64,000 nt of DNA from positions 768,001 through 832,000 of the forward strand of contig OY970176.1 in NCBI GenBank assembly GCA_963707955.1. Direction: 5' to 3'. The stretch comes from Candidatus Bathyarchaeota archaeon. Its GTDB lineage: Archaea > Thermoproteota > Bathyarchaeia > Bathyarchaeales > Bathycorpusculaceae. The notes below the pieces were generated by a model. The model saw nothing but the letters and a program-made list of their open reading frames with translations. It did no database searches and was not told the origin of the DNA. Shown in pieces: positions 57,669 through 64,000 of the stretch (its first letter is position 1; every line of letters begins with the position of its first letter). A program made the position numbers and the translations under genes.

Positions 57669-58256
57669 GTGGTTGCCGTGTCAGATGATGATTGGTCTGT
57701 AGCAGTTTTCAAATGTGCACCAGAGAATGTCAGAAGCGTTCTTCTTGAATTCTATGGTTTTTTGGTAGACCTTGTAGGGGTTAAGAATCTTCACTTTTTG
57801 GTCAGAGATCGCGTTGAAGACGAGGTTGTTGTCAGTTTTCGCGTGTTGACAGAAAAGAAGTACCACGAAGTTGTTAAGAGCAAGATGAACTACAAACTCG
57901 GAATTCTTGTTCCCGACAAGTTCGCAGTCAATCCTGACTCACAGAACCCGTTGAACAAATACGTTGCTTGGGGCGCCGAAAAAAGAATATCCAAATCGGG
58001 TCTTGACAAGTTTCCAGAATTCTGTAATCTTCTCAGCAAGATGAGTGGTTTGGTCATAGAGATGCTGAAGAACGACTATTTCGGTTCCACTGAGAGAGTT
58101 GAAATTGCTCATGTGATGTCTTGGATGCTTGGTTGTACTGAGTACGGGAAGATGAGCCCAACTCACTGGGAACTTGGGTATTATGACCGCATAGAAGACA
58201 AGTGTCGTCCATACCTGAGACAAAACTTTCCACAGACCCAGAAATCTGAAACATAG
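57669..58256 (+). CDS. Hypothetical protein
   Basis: 195-aa ORF with SD (GGAG) and normal codon usage; no family recognised. Confidence 0.7.
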   Translation: MVAVSDDDWSVAVFKCAPENVRSVLLEFYGFLVDLVGVKNLHFLVRDRVEDEVVVSFRVLTEKKYHEVVKSKMNYKLGILVPDKFAVNPDSQNPLNKYVAWGAEKRISKSGLDKFPEFCNLLSKMSGLVIEMLKNDYFGSTERVEIAHVMSWMLGCTEYGKMSPTHWELGYYDRIEDKCRPYLRQNFPQTQKSET

Positions 58257-58927
58257 CTTCTTGGACAATTGTGCGACGGCTCAGGATTCCAGCATTTTTT
58301 ACCCCTTTTTTCAGCTTTAATGAGGCCAGAAGTTCCGTAGAAGAGCACTATGCGAGGCTGATGCAGATCAATTTGCTTATCCAAGAATTTGTTTTTTATT
58401 TTTTGGCAATTATCCCAGACCTTTTTTCCATCGGCACCCATAACAAAGCCCATCCATGCCTTTCTTGTCGGACACTTTATAGCGTCTACAAAGCAAACAT
58501 CACCTGAACTAAAAGAGATGGGTTGACCTTCCACTTTCATTCCTTCAAGTAGTTTGACGAAGACGAGAAAGTAAGGATGCCACCTGCTTTTGGGTTCCCT
58601 AAAGTAGTTGCATTGTAAACGGAAAATCTCTTCAATATCGCTGTCTTTGAGTAGACTCCGGCTCGTTGCTCCGAACTTATCTAAAGATAGGCCAACGAGC
58701 GCATCTGCCCTGTCTGACCCATCAGGGTTAGTTGCAACCACCCAGATTTTCGCCTTTATAACATCACCAAAATTCCCAACAGGAATTGTTATGGGTAAAT
58801 ATTCGGTTGATGAAAGATTGCCTTTACCATTAACAAAATAATAGACTCCATCTGGGTCTCTGATCTTGCGACAATCTTCGCATTTGTAAATCTGAGAGTA
58901 TAACTCAATTGGAAATTGTCCATCCAA
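58181..58927 (-). CDS. Uracil-DNA glycosylase-superfamily-like protein (3' end uncertain)
   Basis: VVATNP, FVDAIKCPT and FLDKQIDLHQPRIVLFYG motifs; N-terminal CEDC. Confidence 0.6.
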   Translation of the reverse strand: MDGQFPIELYSQIYKCEDCRKIRDPDGVYYFVNGKGNLSSTEYLPITIPVGNFGDVIKAKIWVVATNPDGSDRADALVGLSLDKFGATSRSLLKDSDIEEIFRLQCNYFREPKSRWHPYFLVFVKLLEGMKVEGQPISFSSGDVCFVDAIKCPTRKAWMGFVMGADGKKVWDNCQKIKNKFLDKQIDLHQPRIVLFYGTSGLIKAEKRGKKCWNPEPSHNCPRSYVSDFWVCGKFCLRYGRHLSSMRS

Positions 58928-59162
58928 GTTACCACATCCGTCAGCCTTTTACCGTGAGATTTCTTTAATACCATCGAAATGCTATTCAGGTTTTTGGTTG
59001 TTGTCAAGTTCCTGAGGGGTTTTAGCGCGCGCAAGGCCTAATCCCTCCTTTTTTTGCGTCTTGGATGTATTGGAAGTGGTTGGATTTACCGTTGGGTTTT
59101 TATTAAAAATAGAACAACTACATTACCCACTGCTGTTGACGCCATCTGTGAAGGGAAAAACG

Positions 59163-60675
59163 ATGGTTGACCTCAGAGAACACGAACAAAAAACACTCTC
59201 AACCTTGGCCAAGCTAGGCGGAAAAACATCAGCTGAAAACTTGATAAGTCAAAGTGGACTCTCCGACGCTGCAGTGATGCGCTCAGCGTTAACGCTGCAG
59301 GACAAGAAACTGGTACAGATCAATGAAGAGGAAGAGACAATCGCGAGACTTAACGCGGAAGGAAAAATGTACGCAGCAAACGGACTGCCGGAAAGGCAAG
59401 TCATACGCGCTTTAAGCAGATTAGGCGGCAAAGCACCTCTTGGAGGAATCTTTGAGAAAGCTGAGCTTGGGAAGGAGACTTGTTCCTATCGCGTTAGGCT
59501 GGATTCAAAGAAAGAAATGGGCAACTCTGGACTCGAAAGCAAACACTCTGCAGTTGCAGGGAAAACAAGAAGAGGAGAACGATGAGAAACTCGTGAAGTT
59601 TTTGGCCGAACGGAAAGAAGCCAGAGTTGAAAATCTGAGTCCTGACCTTCAAGAAGCTTTTCGACTTCTGAAGAGGAGAAAACTCCTTGATGTCGAAGAG
59701 AAGACGAAGAGAATAATCGAATTGACAGAAGCGGGTAATGCCATAGTCAGGAGAGGTATGAAAGCTGCTGCGGAAGTGACGCAGCTCACCCCTCAACTCA
59801 TAATTACTGGTAAATGGCGGAAGGTAAGCCTTCAAAAGTACAACATACGAGCCCCAGTTGCAAAGACGTGGCCCGGCAAGAAGCATCCCTATCTCCAGTT
59901 CATCGACAGGGTGAAGGAAAAACTCATCAACCTAGGATTTGAAGAGATGACTGGCACGAACGTCGAAACGTCCTTCTTTAACTTCGATGCTCTGTACATG
60001 CCTCAGGACCATCCGGCCCGCGAGATCATGGACATATACCTGGTGAAGTCTCCAAAGTACGGCAGCATAGGCGCCCCGAAGCATGTCCTGCAAAACGTCA
60101 AGCAAACCCATGAGAACGGCTGGAAAACAGGCTCAACCGGGTGGCGGTACAGATACTCCATCAAAGATGCAAAACGTCTGATCCTGCGAGGTCATGGAAC
60201 TTGCCTCAGCGCCAGAACCCTTCTGAGCAAAGAATTACACATCCCAGGCCGGTATTTCTCGATCGCCCGCTGCTATAGACCAGACGTGCTTGACCAAACT
60301 CATCTCACCGAGTTCAACCAGGTTGAAGGCATCGTCGTTGACGAGAACCTGAACCTTCGAGACCTTTTGGGAATTCTGCTGACTTTCGCCACTGAAATAG
60401 CCGAGGCTGACAAAGTCAGGCTGAAGCCAGACTACTATCCATTCACAGAGCCCAGCGTAGAACTCAGCGCCTACAAGAAAGGATACGGATGGATCGAGTT
60501 CGGAGGCTCCGGCATCTTCAGGCCCGAAGTCACCCTGCCCCTGGGCATCAAGCTTCCTGTTATCGCGTGGGGTTTGGGTATAGACCGTTTGTTCATGATG
60601 AAGGCAGGAATAGACGACATACGCAGCATCTTCTCTAATGACCTGCTGTGGTTGAGGACCAAGGAGGTCGCATAG
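59163..60675 (+). CDS. pheS: Phenylalanyl-tRNA synthetase alpha subunit, one extra base near 59478
   Basis: N-terminal EG..Y...GLPER in one frame; GKKHP, FNFDAL..PQDHPAR, YPFTEPS and GSGIFRPE in the next. Confidence 0.93.
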
Positions 60676-60676
60676 C

Positions 60677-62371
60677 ATGCCCACCATAGATGTCGACTAC
60701 GCAGAATTCGAGAAACTGCTAGGGGCAGAGCTGCACAAAGACCCTGAAAAAATCAATGAAGTCTTAGCCTTAGCCAAGTGCGAAATGAAACTTTTCGATG
60801 AAAAATCAGGCGCGATGACCATTGAGGTCAAGGACACAAACCGAGCAGATCTGTGGAACATTGAAGGATTAGTCAGGACTCTGCGCTTGCTCTTAGGATT
60901 GGATAGAGGCTTGAAACGGTACAAGACAGTCAAAGAAATAGCAGACGTGTACGTTGACAAGAGATTAGCCAATATCAGACCGTACATAGGCTGTTCCATA
61001 ATCAAGAACCTCAAATTGACAGACCCGATGATTCGAGCAGTGATGCAGCTTCAGGACAAGCTGGATCACACTTATGGAAGAAACAGGCGCCGAATGTCCA
61101 TCGGCCTGTACAACTTTGACCTCATGACACCTCCATTCAGGTATACCGTTGCCAAGCCAACAGAAGTCAGTTTTGTGCCACTTGGCTTTGAGAAAGAGAT
61201 GAATCTGAAGGAGATTCTAAAGCAGCATCCTAAAGGGTTAGAGTACGGTTCGATCGTAACGGGAAACAGCGTCTACCCGATACTTCTTGACAGTGAGAAG
61301 AGGGTACTGTCATTCCCACCGATCATAAACTCAAACGATCTTGGAAGAGTGACCGAGGATACTAGGAACGTTCTTGTCGAAGTCACGGGCACGGTTCATG
61401 ACACTGTGCTCAACACGCTCAAGATAGTAACCTTGTCCCTGATTGACAGAGGAGGAAAGGCTTACTCCACCACGGTTCATTATCCGGATGACAGCTTGAC
61501 AGTTGTGACGCCGAGTTTTGAAACGGGGCAGATGGACCTGGACGTTGGATACGCCAACAAGGTACTAGGCCTTCAGCTGAAAGCCCGACGGATCGTTGAA
61601 CTACTTGAGAAAGCTGGCTTCGGAGTTGCAAGACTCGAACGGGACAAGATGACCGTGGAGATCCCTTGTTACCGAATTGACATAATGCATCCGATAGACC
61701 TGATTGAAGATGTTGCCATAGCCTATGGATATGATAATATCAAACCTTTCTGGCGCAAACTGTCGACGAGAGGTGGCGCCAAGCCATGGCAAGCCTTTTT
61801 TGACGTTGCCAGAGAGTTAATGGTGGGTCTGGGCTTCCAAGAAGTTCTCACGTTCAACATGACAAACCCAGAAGACTTGTTCACTAAAATGAACGTGAAG
61901 AAACAGAGAATAGTGGAGTTGGCGAACCCGAAGGTTCAAACGTTGACGTGCCTCAGAAACTGGATGCTGCCGAGCCTTCTGGAGTTCTTGAGCCACAACC
62001 TTCACATTGAATATCCCCAGAAAGTGTTTGAACTTGGCACAGTCACGGTTTTGGATGAGAAAGCAGAGACAAAAACGAGAGACGTACACACTCTTGCAGC
62101 GGTCATTTCCCACGCAAACGCGAGCTTCACGGAAACAAAGTCGGCTCTAGACGCGCTTCTCATGAACCTTGGTCTCCAATGGCAGATAAGAGAGACAGAG
62201 CATCCAAGCTTCATAGATGGAAGAGTGGGAACAGTCATCGTCAACAGAATAGAAGTCGGATTGCTGGGCGAAATCCATCCAAAAGTTCTAGAAACGTGGA
62301 CGCTTGAGAACCCCGTGGCTGTCTTCGAACTAAACATGGATAGGATAGGCAGAATCAGGCATCAATACTGA
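60677..62371 (+). CDS. pheT: Phenylalanyl-tRNA synthetase beta subunit
   Basis: MPTI, NRADL, QDKL..GRNR, SFPPIINS, YRIDIMH..D..ED and GEIHP motifs. Confidence 0.95.
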   Translation: MPTIDVDYAEFEKLLGAELHKDPEKINEVLALAKCEMKLFDEKSGAMTIEVKDTNRADLWNIEGLVRTLRLLLGLDRGLKRYKTVKEIADVYVDKRLANIRPYIGCSIIKNLKLTDPMIRAVMQLQDKLDHTYGRNRRRMSIGLYNFDLMTPPFRYTVAKPTEVSFVPLGFEKEMNLKEILKQHPKGLEYGSIVTGNSVYPILLDSEKRVLSFPPIINSNDLGRVTEDTRNVLVEVTGTVHDTVLNTLKIVTLSLIDRGGKAYSTTVHYPDDSLTVVTPSFETGQMDLDVGYANKVLGLQLKARRIVELLEKAGFGVARLERDKMTVEIPCYRIDIMHPIDLIEDVAIAYGYDNIKPFWRKLSTRGGAKPWQAFFDVARELMVGLGFQEVLTFNMTNPEDLFTKMNVKKQRIVELANPKVQTLTCLRNWMLPSLLEFLSHNLHIEYPQKVFELGTVTVLDEKAETKTRDVHTLAAVISHANASFTETKSALDALLMNLGLQWQIRETEHPSFIDGRVGTVIVNRIEVGLLGEIHPKVLETWTLENPVAVFELNMDRIGRIRHQY

Positions 62372-62716
62372 GGCAAGCACAATAACCTTTAACTTTCTTG
62401 ACACGCTTATTTCTGGTTGGCGATGAGACAGTTGAGCCATTCCTAATCCCGTCGATACATCCACGCAGACGGACCCAACAGAAGAGAGCAAGTTATGTGC
62501 TTGCCTATTCTTATGACGACGGGTTTACCCAAACGTGGGACACGACGGGCGCGGGCAAAATTCCCTCGACGGAGAGAGCTTAGCTTAGAGGAGCGCATCG
62601 CCCCACAATGAAGTTAAGTGTTAGGTTACGTGGGAGACACTTGCCCGCGACAAAACAACATTCAGAAACGTGCTCTATCGCGCGCGCTCGAGCGCATGGA
62701 GCAGGTTCGCGCGCGC

Positions 62717-62884
62717 CAGCCACATTCAGATTACATTAAGACACTGCTCCAACATGAGTTCATGATCACAGATTTTGAGGAACCAACGCCATCAAAGAAG
62801 GTCATTGAAAAACACTACAGAGAATTCGGTGACGAATACTAGCGCGTCCCATGGTTCCTAGTCATAGGCAGCAAGAAACAATAG
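62717..62884 (+). pseudogene. 3' fragment of a class I SAM-dependent methyltransferase
   Basis: SDYIKTLLQHEFMITDFEEPTPSKKVIEKHYREFGDEY*RVPWFLVIGSKKQ*; begins right after GCGCGCGC. Confidence 0.6.
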
Positions 62885-63085
62885 ACGTCGAGCTCTTGGT
62901 TCATATTTGGATCATATCGTTGACCGGGGGTAGGGTGTGTCAGAGCGAGAGAAGAAGAGGTCGGCAAGTCTTGAAAGCCTCATCGAGGATGAATGGGAAA
63001 AGACCGTCGCGCTGCGTCGGAAGCAACTCTTAAGTTTCACTCATACATAGAAGCTAGGAAGAAAACCGCATAGGTAAGGTTGAAC

Positions 63086-64000
63086 TTGGACATCGAAACG
63101 AAGATAGAACTTGTCTGCAGACCGCCGACTGAAGAGGTCATAACACCAGAAGACTTGAGGGACCTTCTAGAAGTAGAGGAGCATCCGATAGCTTACAATG
63201 GATGGGAACCATCCGGCCTGGTTCACCTCGGAACAGGCTTGATCTGTGCTTACATGATCAAGGACTTCATAGAGGCTGGAATACGTTACAAGGCGTACCT
63301 TTCCACGTGGCACGCATGGCTGAACAACAAGATGGGCGGAGACCTCAAACTCATCAGAAAAGCAGCGGAACTCTTCAAGCACTCGTGGATAGCCCTAGGC
63401 GTGCCTCCGGAAAGGGTTGAGTTCATCTACTCAGACGAGCTGTACGACGATTTAGACTATTGGGCTAAAGTAGTCATGATTGCGAAGAACCTGTCCATAG
63501 CCAGGGTGACTAGGACGCTGGAGGTTGCTGGAAGAAAAGAATCAGAGGCAAGACGCGTCTCAGACTACATGTACACACCGATGCAGGTTGCCGACATATT
63601 CCACATGGAAGTGAAGATATGTCAGTTAGGCATGGACCAGCGAAAAGCGAACGTCGTCGCCAGAGAACTGGGCGAACGCCTCGGATACTGGAAGCCAGTG
63701 TGCGTGCACCACAGCTACCTTCAAGGACTTGTGAGACCTCCCGTCTGGCCAATCCCGAAAGAAAAAGAGAGAGAGATCCTGTCATCGATAAAAATGTCAA
63801 AAAGCAGGCCGGCCACTTGCATTTTCATCTACGACTCGCCTGAAGAGATAAAGAAAAAGATTTCAATGGCCTTCTGTCCGGAAAAAGCCGTTGAGTATAA
63901 CCCGATACTGGAAATCTGCAAGTACATAATCTTCAAAGAAAAGAAGACATTCACGATAGAAAGGCCTGCCAAGTACGGAGGAAGAGTTGAGTTCCACAGT
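63086..64000 (+). CDS. tyrS: Tyrosyl-tRNA synthetase (runs off the window end)
   Basis: TTG start; PTEEVIT, AYNGWEPSGLVHLG, WHAWLNNK, YTPMQVADIF, GMDQRKA and KMSKS motifs. Confidence 0.95.
   Translation, partial: MDIETKIELVCRPPTEEVITPEDLRDLLEVEEHPIAYNGWEPSGLVHLGTGLICAYMIKDFIEAGIRYKAYLSTWHAWLNNKMGGDLKLIRKAAELFKHSWIALGVPPERVEFIYSDELYDDLDYWAKVVMIAKNLSIARVTRTLEVAGRKESEARRVSDYMYTPMQVADIFHMEVKICQLGMDQRKANVVARELGERLGYWKPVCVHHSYLQGLVRPPVWPIPKEKEREILSSIKMSKSRPATCIFIYDSPEEIKKKISMAFCPEKAVEYNPILEICKYIIFKEKKTFTIERPAKYGGRVEFHS

Larger units (their letters stand above)
2319..62716. repeat. Dispersed highly iterated palindrome GCGCGCGC (consensus TAGCGCGCGCTA)
   Basis: 8-mer or longer at 2319, 5136, 19299, 20879, 21491, 22401, 23419, 38793, 38868, 39172, 39368, 39663, 47294, 48268, 48345, 50354, 51488, 51850, 53055, 54379, 55106, 55198, 56063, 56942, 57522, 59025, 62680 and 62709, plus more than a dozen 6-7-mers. 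Confidence 0.9.

Noticed and set aside
317-63843. Numerous 60-170 aa ORFs antisense or out of frame within assigned genes
   Set aside because: Shadow ORFs with no recognisable motifs or independent start signals.
1-64000. CRISPR array, IS element, integrase or provirus
   Set aside because: No regularly spaced repeats and no transposase, recombinase or viral structural ORFs were recognised.

Overview
This is an archaeal chromosome segment, most consistent with Bathyarchaeia. That placement is inferred from the gene content (HdrA-MvhD fusions, DUF1512, a Cren7-like Zn ribbon, archaeal aaRSs), GGTGA/GGAGG Shine-Dalgarno sites and an intron-containing tRNA-Trp. Left part: the dnaJ end, rubrerythrin, a menaquinone module (menG/ubiE, menA, polyprenyl synthase) next to hdrBCA, proline dehydrogenase and a second hdrA, then a cluster of PadR/methyltransferase-fold regulators. 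Middle: hemL-like aminotransferase, ABC transporters, a P-type ATPase, tRNA-Trp, 5S rRNA, map and two TrpRS genes. Right: a ~14 kb patchwork island (defence-like ATPase/TOPRIM and PLD genes, many unannotated micro-proteins, queT), then pheS, pheT and tyrS. The strongest unexplained signal is the palindrome GCGCGCGC (consensus TAGCGCGCGCTA). I count about 28 copies by eye, almost all non-coding. They sit at gene ends, module junctions and exactly at the breakpoints of truncated gene relics, suggesting a HIP1-like iterated palindrome or a recombination-site system. Other highlights are a gapless 44-bp operator in four copies tied to the PadR-MTase-like paralogs, a shared palindrome at both hdrA promoters, a structured anti-SD leader on queT, and a RING-like micro-protein. 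Several single-indel frameshifts in conserved genes are probably sequencing artefacts. All family assignments come from motif recognition, not database searches.
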